64,000 bases of DNA from Oopsacas minuta (Eukaryota; Animalia; Porifera): assembly GCA_024704765.1 (NCBI GenBank), contig JAKMXF010000328.1:253060-317059 (forward strand), written 5' to 3'. Below, piece by piece: positions 1 to 13,439 of this stretch (positions are counted from its first letter, which is position 1; each line of letters opens with the position of its first letter). Under the pieces are notes generated by a model that saw only the letters and a list, made by a program, of their open reading frames with translations, did not search any database and was not told where the DNA came from. A program made the position numbers and the translations under genes.

Positions 1-67
1 GAGTGCCAAATATTTTTATTTCGTGGTGCAACGACCAAAACTCCAAAAGCACTAAGAAATTTATATA

Positions 68-1126
68 CAGTCTGTAACATAAATATTGAGAATTTGTCCT
101 ATTTCTGTTGCTTCAATAATATTCGCTTAATCAAGTTATCAATAGCACAGTGCACTAATAATACAATACTAATCAATATTTAATTGAGAATCCATTCGAT
201 TCTATGACCATTTTACAACGTCGCGGTAGTGAATCACAGTAGAGCTGAAGAAAATCAGGGCTTATGTCTGCCCACAATAATTCTAGCTCTCTCTTGAGTT
301 CAAAAATTGTCCTGGGCCTCGTTTCAAAATTTCTCGTTTTACCCAAGCAAACAAATTTTCAATAGGGTTTAAATCTGGACTTTGGTGTGGCCATGGTAGT
401 TGTTTAGGGATATTTTTTATCAGAAATGCCTTAGCAACTTTAGAAGTGTGTTTGGGATCATTACCCATTGCCAGGCGCCATTGGTCCTGATGAAATATTT
501 CAGCCTGGGTTAGCAAACGGCCTTCTAAAATGCGTATGAACATCTTAGCATCCATATTGTCAGTGAAGATACATAGTGGAAATGTTCCCATTGAGCTAAA
601 TGCAGCCCATGCATTAATTTTTGGGACATGTTTCATTGTTGGAACCACACGTGTTTTCCAAGATTTTATCCACATTTTTATCTTTCCTCTACCGAGCCAT
701 ATAGACATCTCATCGGCAAAAACTGTTGGCGCCCATGATTTCTTAGGATACATGTGCTTTCTGGCCCATTTTACTCGAAAGATTCTGCTTTTTTCACTTA
801 CTAAGGGTGGATTAGATGGATATTTCTTAGTGTAATCGACCGTTTGTAAGGCACGCCAAACAGTTTCATGAGATGGCCTGCCAGGAATAAGATGGGCTAA
901 AGACCTTGTAGACAAATATGGCTTACGTCTAATTTGCTGGGCCAGACTTCTTAGAATGGAGAGTCTCATAGTAGGTGGCCTTCCAGACCCTTTCTTGCGC
1001 CCCAAACAAACAATATTTGAATCTCTAGGTTTTACTCTATAGACTGTCGCCAAACTTACACTCAAAGATTTGGAAATGTGGTAGGATAGTAATTTATCAA
1101 TTTATCAATTTTTATGCTACAGACTG
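68..1126 (-). mobile_element. Tc1/mariner element, internally deleted and non-functional
   Basis: TIRs CAGTCTGTA(A/G)CATAAA at 68 and 1126, each flanked by TA. ORF 283-1065 has VFADE, GNDPKH (second catalytic D changed to G) and WPHQSPDLNPIENLF. The start and first HTH helices are missing; a frameshifted tail ends ...ESNGFSIKY*. Confidence 0.92.
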
Positions 1127-1584
1127 TACTTAATTCATGATGAGGCATGAAGTGCTTAGTACTGTCATCCAGCGAACTAGCATGCGGTTCGCTCAGTACA
1201 GGATAATTGTGTTTTAATTAGGGCTTAAACGAATATTCGAATATTCGTTCGTTTTGATAACTAAGTATTTCACACCTTCATTGCAATATCTGATGAAGAT
1301 GTAATTGGGGTGAGAATGATATTTTGTTCAGTTACTTAGATGGAAATATATTTTCAATCATCATAACTCATTGAACAGAGCATTAACCGAATAAGAGCGC
1401 AAAATGTGTGATTTTATGACTTCAAAGGTGGTAAAATCTCGATTTGAGTGTGGGAATTGGTTGAAACGAAGTTGTCAAATTTGCTGTTCCTTTGCGTTAC
1501 TAACATAACACTTCGGTAGTAATGGGTAAAGCCATCCTCATATTTCGGAGCGTCCTCCTTTTCATTCTTTTAGATTAACATTAG

Positions 1585-2620
1585 ACGAGCCTTTGGCTCC
1601 TCGCTTCCGATGAACTCAGCATTACGCATCGAGGTATTCATTATTCTCCAAATTGACAGCCCCTTTGAGTATTATAATATAGATAAACAAAGAACAATGT
1701 GATTCACAAATATACATAATATATTATTGAATTATTTTGTTACCCTTTGTAGCCGTTGAGAGCAAGTATCTACGAAAATTTTGAGGTTTGCAAAATTATT
1801 CCTTTATAGTGATAAAAACAGCAATGCATTTACATATCAACGGAAAAACAAACAACCAATGCCATATTCCGTCTCAGCATGCCCGATTATCCCAGAATAG
1901 TCGTTGAAAGTATGATTCAAATTTCAAAATTGAGGTATAATTTTGGAATTTGTTTAATTTATGTACCTAAAAGTAAACAAACTTTCACAATATGTTGTTT
2001 ATAATATCATATTTGGACTCAGCATGCTAGATTACCCTTGTATAGCTTTGAAAGCATGATTCTACATCAATTTTGAAATTTGTTTACTTTATATTCATAA
2101 AAACTACAATAAATTACATATGAGAAACTTGAAAATGCGAATTCGGATTCAGCGCACTTAGTTACCATTGCGTAGCCATTTAGAGCATGGGTGTGCAAAC
2201 TTTTTTCTGCGCGGGCCGCATTCTAATTCCAAATTTTTATGCGGCCCCTATTGATCTACTACTATGTTCCATGTTCTTATTTTTATAGAAAGTCTATTAG
2301 TTAATTGTAATATAAACAATAACGAGCCTTTGGCTCGTCGCTTCGCGATGAACTCGACGCATTGCGCCTCGAGTTATGCATTATTCTCCAAATTGATGGC
2401 CCCTTTGAGTAATATCATATAGATATATATAGAACAATGTAATTCACAAATATACGTATATGACATACATATTTTTGAATTATTTTGTAAGATCAGCCGC
2501 CTTTATTGCCGTTGAGTGCAAGTAACTACGTATATTTTGAGAATTAGCTAATTTGTTTACGTTTTATTCATAAAACCAACAATATATTTACATATGAGAA
2601 ACTTGAATATGCAAAATCAG
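1585..2620 (-). repeat. Two diverged direct copies (~1585-1860 and ~2322-2620) of a non-autonomous Helitron-like repeat
   Basis: Both copies begin ACGAGCCTTTGGCTC and share ATTATTCTCCAAATTGA..GCCCCTTTGAGTA and AGAACAATGT.ATTCACAAATATAC. On the minus strand copy 1 ends in the hairpin GAGCCAAAGGCTC followed by GTCTAA. The Helitron class is inferred. Confidence 0.55.
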
Positions 2621-3665
2621 TAGGATGAAATTGAGTTCTTTCTCTATACTGTAACATTAAATAACTGATATTGACATTATGAAAATTTGACTGGAGATGT
2701 ATTGGGAGCGTGCTCTCAAGACCCTCTATAACTTTAAGCTACAACCTCAACAGTTAAGTGTTAAATTCATTCTTTAATACCCAAATTTTCTACAATTAAG
2801 CTGTTTAATTGATTCTAAGTAAGATATACTTAATTTCTACACGATATTTACAACACAGACTAAACAAAATACGAAACACGAAATACAGACACAGACACAG
2901 ACGCCTCACATAACTTCTTGTTGTTGTTGTTGTCTCCTGCAGCGCCGCTGTAGTTGCCACTGCCTCCTTCTACGGCTCCCATTTTCGCACTAAATTGTAT
3001 TAAGGGTGAACGGGTGATGTATATAGATTGTAATTACAATGTTCTCATAAGTTCGGAGCAAATTGGTTAAAAAAGGGTGGCCATGGCCACCACGCCCAGG
3101 TCTGCGACCCTGTAGTTGTAGGTTGTTGATTAGAATTTATTTGTAAATAGTTACCAAGTTAAGTATTTATATCAGTGACGATCAAAGTATTGATATATCG
3201 GGAAAAATGTAATTAATATATTACCTATTAAGTTACTTCCATTTAGACTTGGAATGCATCATAGAAGTTCATTAATTCATTAATTAAATAATTCAGTAAT
3301 CATTCAGTTTGGCATTAATATTTGTAGCGATAAAAAAAAAGTATTTTGAAATAGTGGGAAAATATATACTTATCATCTTGATCTAAAATGAATCGCAATT
3401 ATTTAGTTCCATGTAGACTTGGAATCTATCATATAAGTTCATTAATTAAAGAATTCAGGAATTTATGTTAATGTTGTTTTAATGGACCATTTGCGACTTA
3501 ATTAACATAAACACCCTGCTAAAATGGTCCAATGTTGGCTGATCTATATCAGATTTATATATCGCTACTCCCTTTAGGTAGTCGAGTTGATAGAAAGATA
3601 TAGTTTATAATTTTTATGATTTATATACACTCCAAGTATATAGATACTATAATAGTACACTCCAA

Positions 3666-3667
<2 letters not shown>

Positions 3668-3700
<33 letters not shown>
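3668..3700. repeat. (CA)n microsatellite, about 16 units
   Basis: Read directly from the sequence. Confidence 0.97.
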
Positions 3701-3703
<3 letters not shown>

Positions 3704-4110
3704 TTCACTTGTTTTAAGAATCTCAAAAATTTGTCCTACCCCTAACGTAACTGTACTAACTGTTGTTCTAAATAGTCTATCCGTTCAATTTGTTATTTTT
3801 GTTTTGCTATCAATTCAGAGATATATTCCATAAATATAAATATTACTCAACACAACCATTGAATCTAATTACCTGAAATTCAAGTCTTGTAATATTGAAT
3901 TCTTCGGTCTTAAAGAAATTATTGTGTCAATGGGTGTATAATGAGAGGATGAAGGTGTGTTGAATAAGTCAGCAGATGTGAGATCGAATTTGAATTGACA
4001 TGAGTCTGTTCCCCAACGACACAGGAGGTTGTGATATTTGAAGTTGTGTTTGTGTAAGTTCATAATTTGTAATCGTAACACACAATTTGTTAAGCGCCTA
4101 TACAATTTCG
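3700..4110 (-). mobile_element. Possible 3' remnant of a CR1/L2-like LINE
   Basis: ORF 3869-4105 (LFNTPSSSHYTPIDTIISLRPKN) loosely resembles the post-RT region of CR1/L2 ORF2 and is followed by a (TG)n tract. Weak support. Confidence 0.3.
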
Positions 4111-4423
4111 ATCTAACATACTATTATGGATTAGTATGAAGAGAAACTTAGATCAGCTCGTGGATGTGACAGAATGATAACATTCACCGCCGAAATTGGG
4201 GGGCGCGCAAGGTTCTTATTCAGAACTCTTTAAAAGCAGCGGAGCGGATATTGCGAGAATATCCGATTCTCAAGCTGGTGTGTGTTTTGTTATTGTATAT
4301 TTTGTTGTATTTCGCAATTATGTCGGATGTTGTTTTATAAGTGTAAAATGAATCCATAGTATTGTGTTTGTGGGGTCTGGTAAAATGTTAAAAATTTAAA
4401 AACGTAAGTATTTGTACACAATG

Positions 4424-6451
4424 TTAAAAGTATATAGAATCAAAATGTTCATTGCCAGCATTTCCGCTAAGATTGTAATATAATATACACAATTTTTGCC
4501 CTTCAAAATCGGATCACACTCCATAGGAGTGTCTAATAGGTGATGTACAAAATTGGGTAAAGTATTCCAATTTACACAATCAGCTACAGATATATCAACT
4601 CCAGCGATAGCACCTAGCATGGTTAATTTAACATTTGTGCCCCACTCATTTGATACAAAGACGGTATTTATATGTTCATTTAATTGTTCATTAAAAAAAC
4701 CAGAGGCTCCTCATAAGGTTGAAGTGATATTGAGGAGAGTTGATAAAATTATTTATCAAACTATGCTTTAGTATCTCAAAATTGTTTTCGGTACCAAAGA
4801 TAAAATGAGATAATGCAAGTATAGACAATTTCCATCAAGCTGTACTTTATATACTGAAGCAGGCTGACCAAAATACCTTACCAATTGTAACTGGAGTGAT
4901 GTATAGTAATTGCCAATTCTAAATAAGTTTGTCACGATTTGGCAAAATTGGTAAATGTAAGTCAATACTATGTTCAAGCCTTTGACGCATTGCGAGTGAA
5001 AATTTATTGACAAAACCATTTAAGAAGTAGTGAAACCATTCAAATCGTTCATGAATTATGCCATCAAATATACATTCCAGGTCAGATCTGGTCACCCTAT
5101 CATGAGCACCCATATCCATGGTATTGTCAATTACTTCCAATGGACTAAATGCCCCTAAAGTTAATTTATGAGGTTGACACCCCATAACTATCAATCCTAA
5201 TGGAATTCTGACCCTGCTTAATACAACTTAAAGCTGTCCACGGCTAAAAATAGCATCAGGGGATGGTAGATATATACCCACAGAATCCAAACTCTGCCCT
5301 TGACCTTTATTAATAGTTATGCAATAGGCTGAGCGGATAGGGAATTGCCTTCTCATGAGAAAATACGGAAGTTCAGACTCAGATGAAGTCAAGAGCATTC
5401 GTGGTATAAACATACGTTTACCTTTGTGTACCCTTGTGGCGATTGCTGCATCAATAACCCGATTTAAAAATGCCCTCACGATTAAGCGAGTACCATTACA
5501 TAGGCCTCATCGGGATCATGATTACGCCATAAAATAATTGAAGCAAATTGTTTCAAAATATGCGATGTGTGGTGGCATACCATTAGGTGTAATGGAATTT
5601 AGAAATTCTGAAGGAAAGTTGATAGCAGTGGATTCTTTCACAGACTCAGCACTCAATAGTGTTACTCCTCCCCCTGGCAGCTGATGAACAACATGGTTAT
5701 TAATTTGATCACATGTTTCATTCTTGGACACATTATTATTCCCCGACTAATAAAATCACAATTAGTGCAGTTTTCAAGAATATTCCATAGACGGAGTTTA
5801 CCAAGTCAGAGATATTACTACCGTATACTACAAATCTCGTTCTCAGGTTCAGTGCCTTCCCCGACCCTAAGTAGAAAATTAGAGAAATTACTCACTTCAA
5901 TGGCATTTTGAGATGACAATTTTTTGAAGCGCATATTTATAGTGAGTTTCATGACTTTTAACATGCCGCTAGAGGACTGACCAGTTTATGCATACTGATA
6001 TAATTTCAGGCCTCGAGCCATGTTTTACTACAGGAGGGATCTGACGGAAGTCACTTCCGAAAACCATAACTAGGCCACCGAATGGGAGATCACATGAACA
6101 AATGTCCCTCAAACTACGATCCACACATTCGGCAACATATTTATTGGACATACACGCTTCGTCCCAAACCAAAAGTTGTGTACGCATAATTAACTTTGCT
6201 AAAGCAGATTGCTTTGTAATGTTACAAACTGATAACTCATGAGTATCGATTGGAACTTTTACCCTAGAGTGTACCGTTCTCCCTCCTTGTATGAGTAGTG
6301 CAGCTATGCCACTACTTGCTATACCAAGGGGAAATTGGCCTGTGATCGAACTTTGGCTAGTAGCGTGTTATAAAGGAATGTTTTGCCTGTATCCCCAGGA
6401 TCATCGACAAAAAATTACTGAATCAAATATACCCAATTTATCTGAATTAAG
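4424..6451 (-). pseudogene. Helitron RepHel C-terminal half (PIF1-type helicase) continuing into an OTU protease domain; frameshifted
   Basis: Helicase motifs in order: FFVDDPGDTGKTFLYNTL (degenerate Walker A, ~6400), IASSGIAALLIQGGRTVHSR, LLVWDEACM, LPFGGLVMVFGSDFRQIPPVV, FLNSITPNGMPPH, QFPIRSAYCITINKGQGQSL, GQL*VVLSRV. OTU motifs follow: DGNCLY (4825-4836), EWGT (4639-4647), EHFDSIYF* (stop 4424). Confidence 0.9.
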
Positions 6452-7649
6452 TAATAGGCCAGATCGAGAAAAGTAAACATCGTCGGTTAAACTTCTACAT
6501 AAGGGAAAAGTTGCCTTTACTCTTTTCTAGGAAATGTGAAAGATAAATTTGAAAATATTTCGAGTTGACCCTTGCGGTTTTATATTTTGCTGAGTCACTT
6601 TCGCAAAATTGACCTTAAATTGCCCGAATTTCCTAACTCCTTTGGCATAGCCTCTTTAGATATATTATTTGGTAATAGTAAGTCACATATTTGCTATCGA
6701 ATGGTGTATTAGGCTAATTTCTATGTCCAAGGATACTCAAGTTATCAAGATATTTTTTGCATATTCTATCATACCCTAATAATATTACCCACCCTCCTAT
6801 TTTCCGAAGATTTGAAAATGCATAATTCTTACAAAAATGGCTATATACTCACCAAACTTAGTATAATTCTGTATCTATATCCAAATCCATCAATAGATTA
6901 CCACAAAGAAATTTACCAACTTTCCCTATCTCTTGCTCTTAACTTAGTTACCATTTATCTAGCATGGAATTATGGTCAATTATTGCATCTAAATATATAC
7001 TCAATCAAATCATTCATATTATAGAGTGATTATATTCATTTAATTTATGTATTTTTTTGAATATGGCAGAATACACGCTTAGTATTGTATTATTTCATCC
7101 TGTTTTGGTTATCCTGGACCCATTCCAGAAGATCTACTCCCAATAAAACTGGATCTATACAATCATTATGGCATGCTTAGAAATCATAAACTACTTTAAT
7201 AAAGGACTGTGGGCTGCCAGCTCGGGTCTTGGAACTTGGGTTCATTGTGCATTTATCGAGATCTCGTAAACGGCTATAGTTAGATACCCCAAATGTGTTA
7301 TTGTTGAATAGGAAGTTATACTTTTAGAGCCTATTGGTCATGTTGTCTTACCTGAAAGATTTGTGGAATGTGAGTTATGCGGTTTTCACACCTTTCCACA
7401 TTATGTTAATAATGTCAAAATATCGCTTCCAGGTAGAGTTAGACATGATAAAAGTGTTATTATACAATGGAATTCATGGGTAAGGAGTCATTTAGTCACA
7501 TTTCCTTACCTCAAATATTTGTGGGATGTGAGTTATGCGGTTTCACACCTCCATATAAGGTAAAATCGTGAATATTTCGTAATTGGTACGAGTTAGTTAT
7601 GACAAATGTATAATTATCTTGTAGTCTCTTAGTTTAGCAGAACATTAGC

Positions 7650-9452
7650 ATGCCAAAGCGTTGTGCAGCTTACAATTGTGGGGTGATTACATATGTGAAC
7701 CTCATACTCCAGCTGTAAGTTTTCCTACGGATGATGAACGGAAAAGCTGGATTGAGGTAATGCCAAATGATCGTGGTAGTCTCACTGATTGAAATGAAAT
7801 GTTTGTATGTTCATCACATTTTCAATGCAATGGGTCACTGTTAAAGGTGGAAAGCGGTCGATTGGACCTCCTACCTATTTTAAGGGAGTAGCAAAATCCT
7901 GCCTGAAGCAAACCTTAACATATCCCAGGCCAACAAAGAAGGCTTCGTCTGACGTACTTGAAAATTGCAAAAGAAATATCTAAATAAATTAGATAGGATT
8001 GATAAATTTTCAATTTTTACAAACGAGGCAGCAGCACGTTATACTTCGTTTAGTGTCAGAAGCAAATGCAGGGAATTGACAATGTTTAAGCAGGATGAAC
8101 TCGGAAGAAAGGTTGTTCAATTTATCAATATCAAGGAAATTGAATCACTTTTTGGTTTCTTGCACTTGGTGAAGGCAGAGAAAGATGGCTACGCGATTCC
8201 CAAACGTTATTTCAGTCTACAGAAGAATAACCTTCTTCATAGATGATCTCAAGTTGATGAAATACTTTCTACTGTGGAGAATTATCAAGCGTCTAATTCT
8301 GATCATTTGGCGAATGTTATGTACGAGTTAAAACAAATGACATCGGAAGTGTAAGAATGTCCACAATTTCAGTTCCTAGGGGTGCAACTCGACAACTTCT
8401 TGACACCCTACAATAAAATCTGCTACACAAAGCATCTGCTTATTCTCGCTGGAGAACTTCTATGTATCTCTCCAGCAGCATACAGGATGTTAAGAAATTC
8501 AAGAACTATTATCCTTCCTTGGGAGAGATTACTTCGAGATTAGATGACGCGCAGCTTTCCGAACAACGAATTGCCTCGCATATTTGAAGTTCTCAAACCA
8601 GAGCAGCGTTTTGTCAACATTTTGTTCGATGAAGTAAAGCTAATTACAACAAGTCGCTTCAGTGCAGGTCACATAATTGGCAATGCCAATGATGCGCCTA
8701 GTGAACAAGCCACCTCAGCCCTTTGTACCGAAGTTGTTTGTCATCAAGGCGGGCCACGTTTGGTATTTGGTATCCATCTAAAGAAGAACATAAATTCAAC
8801 GGATCTCCAAAAATAATTTTGTTGGAAATTATGGAAGTCATGAAAGATGGTGGTGTGAGACCAATATCCTTTATCTGTGATAACTGCCCGCTAAATCAAG
8901 GAGTATATAAATTACTTGGTGGTCCAGGGAGAGTGGTGTTGGATGGAATCGAAGTATTTCTTTTATGCACATCATGAAGAATTTGGGAAACAATTGGATA
9001 ACAGATAAACTTCAAGAGTTATCATTTGTGGAGGACGGTACAGAATACCTCGCATGTTGGAAAGATATTCAAGCACTTAATGAAGAGGACAAAAAACCCA
9101 CTACGACTCACAAAGCTTACACATACATCAGTATTTCCTAAACCTCTCCAACGACCGAGCATACCACTCGTCTGTCAAGTTTTTCACGAAAAGACTGTTG
9201 TAGCATTAAAAGCTTTGAAAAATACGGTAAATCTCCAGGAAGGGACTATTAGGTTAATCACAATGGTCACAAATTGGTTTAAAATGATGAATGTGAAGGA
9301 TAAGTTTGGGGCAATCAATCTATGGGATCCATTTGAGCTCCATGGACACTCAACTACGAAAACTTCGACATGCTGTTAGCAATGTGTGATGTGATAGGTT
9401 CCTGTCGCTGGAAGGTGACAAATACAGTCAAGGGACAAAAGTATTCGACCAC
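7650..9452 (+). pseudogene. P-element/THAP9-type transposase, frameshifted and 3'-truncated (left arm)
   Basis: THAP start MPKRCAAYNC...SFPTD..RKSWI...FVCSSHF at 7650; catalytic-core pieces ILFDEVKL, SFICDNCPLNQGVY and FPKPLQRPSIPLVCQVFHEKT. Cut at about 9452 by a foldback element. Confidence 0.85.
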
Positions 9453-9454
9453 AC

Positions 9455-10422
9455 GGGGGCGCTGCATTAGGTCGAATTTCGGTGTTGGCATTAGGTCGAA
9501 TTCCGTGTGTTGGCATTAGGTCGAATTGAAAATGTATCGAATTTAATATGTATGCATTAGGTCGAAATTTATATGTATGCATTAGGTCGAATTTCGTGTG
9601 TTGGCATTAGGTCGAATTTTATATGTATGCATTAGGTCGAATTTCGCGTGTTGGCATTAGGTCGAATTTTATATGTATGCATTAGGTCGAATTCCGTGTG
9701 TTGGCATTAGATCGAATTAAGACGTTGTGATAGATCGAATTTATTTAGCTATGTTGTCGATAGATCGATATAGAAAATGGATTTATAGAAACGAGAAAGT
9801 GATAGGACATTTTATTGTATTAATTATAAACCCGTACCATTGGGAGGGGATTAGGAATTTTGTTCACTACCTTATTGGTCTGGGAGTTTTCATTTGTACT
9901 CGTTACTCAGCTACCTAGGGGTGGGGATGTGGAGTCCATGCTAATTTTGTGTATGGATGGACTTTTGTTGGATTAATTATTAGAAAAGTTTGCGAAATGG
10001 CGGATCGCTGGATTTTTTGCTTTTAAAAATTTAAGGAAGCTTTCAGTGTTTCTCAAAAAATATGAATTGGCCTTAAAGATGAGATATTCATAGCTAATAT
10101 TCATTCGCTCTATCCTCAACTTCGCTAGAATAGTATTCGACCTAATGCATACATATTTAATCCGACCTAATGCCAACATACGAAATTCGACCCAATGCAC
10201 ACATATAAAATTCGACCTAATGCCAACACACGGATTTCGACCTAATGCATACATATAAAATTCGACCTAATGCCAACACACGAAATTCGACCTAATGCAT
10301 ACATATAAATTTCGACCTAATGCATACATATTAAATTCGATACATTTTCAATTCGACCTAATGCCAACACACGGAATTCGACCTAATGCCAACACCGAAA
10401 TTCGACCTAATGCAGCGCCCCC
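9455..10422. mobile_element. MULE-like foldback element with tandem subterminal repeats, at the palindrome centre
   Basis: Ends GGGGGCGCTGCATTAGGTCGAA and TTCGACCTAATGCAGCGCCCCC; arrays of ~24-26 bp units containing GCATTAGGTCGAA in inverted orientation; unique core ~9720-10135. Superfamily inferred from resemblance to 61417-62097. Confidence 0.7.
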
Positions 10423-10424
10423 GT

Positions 10425-12227
10425 GTGGTCGAATACTTTTGTCCCTTGACTGTATTTGTCACCTTCCAGCGACAGGAACCTATCACATCACACATTGCTA
10501 ACAGCATGTCGAAGTTTTCGTAGTTGAGTGTCCATGGAGCTCAAATGGATCCCATAGATTGATTGCCCCAAACTTATCCTTCACATTCATCATTTTAAAC
10601 CAATTTGTGACCATTGTGATTAACCTAATAGTCCCTTCCTGGAGATTTACCGTATTTTTCAAAGCTTTTAATGCTACAACAGTCTTTTCGTGAAAAACTT
10701 GACAGACGAGTGGTATGCTCGGTCGTTGGAGAGGTTTAGGAAATACTGATGTATGTGTAAGCTTTGTGAGTCGTAGTGGGTTTTTTGTCCTCTTCATTAA
10801 GTGCTTGAATATCTTTCCAACATGCGAGGTATTCTGTACCGTCCTCCACAAATGATAACTCTTGAAGTTTATCTGTTATCCAATTGTTTCCCAAATTCTT
10901 CATGATGTGCATAAAAGAAATACTTCGATTCCATCCAACACCACTCTCCCTGGACCACCAAGTAATTTATATACTCCTTGATTTAGCGGGCAGTTATCAC
11001 AGATAAAGGATATTGGTCTCACACCACCATCTTTCATGACTTCCATAATTTCCAACAAAATTATTTTTGGAGATCCGTTGAATTTATGTTCTTCTTTAGA
11101 TGGATACCAAATACCAAACGTGGCCCGCCTTGATGACAAACAACTTCGGTACAAAGGGCTGAGGTGGCTTGTTCACTAGGCGCATCATTGGCATTGCCAA
11201 TTATGTGACCTGCACTGAAGCGACTTGTTGTAATTAGCTTTACTTCATCGAACAAAATGTTGACAAAACGCTGCTCTGGTTTGAGAACTTCAAATATGCG
11301 AGGCAATTCGTTGTTCGGAAAGCTGCGCGTCATCTAATCTCGAAGTAATCTCTCCCAAGGAAGGATAATAGTTCTTGAATTTCTTAACATCCTGTATGCT
11401 GCTGGAGAGATACATAGAAGTTCTCCAGCGAGAATAAGCAGATGCTTTGTGTAGCAGATTTTATTGTAGGGTGTCAAGAAGTTGTCGAGTTGCACCCCTA
11501 GGAACTGAAATTGTGGACATTCTTACACTTCCGATGTCATTTGTTTTAACTCGTACATAACATTCGCCAAATGATCAGAATTAGACGCTTGATAATTCTC
11601 CACAGTAGAAAGTATTTCATCAACTTGAGATCATCTATGAAGAAGGTTATTCTTCTGTAGACTGAAATAACGTTTGGGAATCGCGTAGCCATCTTTCTCT
11701 GCCTTCACCAAGTGCAAGAAACCAAAAAGTGATTCAATTTCCTTGATATTGATAAATTGAACAACCTTTCTTCCGAGTTCATCCTGCTTAAACATTGTCA
11801 ATTCCCTGCATTTGCTTCTGACACTAAACGAAGTATAACGTGCTGCTGCCTCGTTTGTAAAAATTGAAAATTTATCAATCCTATCTAATTTATTTAGATA
11901 TTTCTTTTGCAATTTTCAAGTACGTCAGACGAAGCCTTCTTTGTTGGCCTGGGATATGTTAAGGTTTGCTTCAGGCAGGATTTTGCTACTCCCTTAAAAT
12001 AGGTAGGAGGTCCAATCGACCGCTTTCCACCTTTAACAGTGACCCATTGCATTGAAAATGTGATGAACATACAAACATTTCATTTCAATCAGTGAGACTA
12101 CCACGATCATTTGGCATTACCTCAATCCAGCTTTTCCGTTCATCATCCGTAGGAAAACTTACAGCTGGAGTATGAGGTTCACATATGTAATCACCCCACA
12201 ATTGTAAGCTGCACAACGCTTTGGCAT
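10425..12227 (-). pseudogene. Mirror copy of the P/THAP9-type transposase pseudogene (right arm)
   Basis: Reverse complement of 7650-9452; mirrored ORFs are identical. Confidence 0.85.
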
Positions 12228-13439
12228 GCTAATGTTCTGCTAAACTAAGAGACTACAAGATAATTATACATTTGTCATAACTAACTCGTACCAATTACGA
12301 AATATTCACGATTTTACCTTATATGGAGGTGTGAAACCGCATAACTCACATCCCACAAATATTTGAGGTAAGGAAATGTGACTAAATGACTCCTTACCCA
12401 TGAATTCCATTGTATAATAACACTTTTATCATGTCTAACTCTACCTGGAAGCGATATTTTGACATTATTAACATAATGTGGAAAGGTGTGAAAACCGCAT
12501 AACTCACATTCCACAAATCTTTCAGGTAAGACAACATGACCAATAGGCTCTAAAAGTATAACTTCCTATTCAACAATAACACATTTGGGGTATCTAACTA
12601 TAGCCGTTTACGAGATCTCGATAAATGCACAATGAACCCAAGTTCCAAGACCCGAGCTGGCAGCCCACAGTCCTTTATTAAAGTAGTTTATGATTTCTAA
12701 GCATGCCATAATGATTGTATAGATCCAGTTTTATTGGGAGTAGATCTTCTGGAATGGGTCCAGGATAACCAAAACAGGATGAAATAATACAATACTAAGC
12801 GTGTATTCTGCCATATTCAAAAAAATACATAAATTAAATGAATATAATCACTCTATAATATGAATGATTTGATTGAGTATATATTTAGATGCAATAATTG
12901 ACCATAATTCCATGCTAGATAAATGGTAACTAAGTTAAGAGCAAGAGATAGGGAAAGTTGGTAAATTTCTTTGTGGTAATCTATTGATGGATTTGGATAT
13001 AGATACAGAATTATACTAAGTTTGGTGAGTATATAGCCATTTTTGTAAGAATTATGCATTTTCAAATCTTCGGAAAATAGGAGGGTGGGTAATATTATTA
13101 GGGTATGATAGAATATGCAAAAAATATCTTGATAACTTGAGTATCCTTGGACATAGAAATTAGCCTAATACACCATTCGATAGCAAATATGTGACTTACT
13201 ATTACCAAATAATATATCTAAAGAGGCTATGCCAAAGGAGTTAGGAAATTCGGGCAATTTAAGGTCAATTTTGCGAAAGTGACTCAGCAAAATATAAAAC
13301 CGCAAGGGTCAACTCGAAATATTTTCAAATTTATCTTTCACATTTCCTAGAAAAGAGTAAAGGCAACTTTTCCCTTATGTAGAAGTTTAACCGACGATGT
13401 TTACTTTTCTCGATCCGGCCTATTAGATAGCGATAGTTA

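Larger units (their letters stand above)
6452..13425. repeat. Large inverted duplication: arms 6452-9641 and 10236-13425, 594 bp spacer
   Basis: Seven mirrored ORF pairs have identical translations and coordinates that all sum to 19877, so there are no net indels. Spot checks were identical. One mismatch was seen near the outer end (6461 A versus G at the mirror position 13416). Confidence 0.97.

Noticed and set aside
9464-10415. GCATTAGGTCGAA repeats with short variable spacers resembling a CRISPR array
   Set aside because: The spacers are two alternating ~12 bp variants, the arrays are inverted about a core, no cas genes are present and the context is eukaryotic. They are transposon subterminal repeats.
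6812-13065. Apparent duplicated small genes in opposite orientation
   Set aside because: They are mirror images produced by the palindrome, and are either transposase fragments or non-coding.
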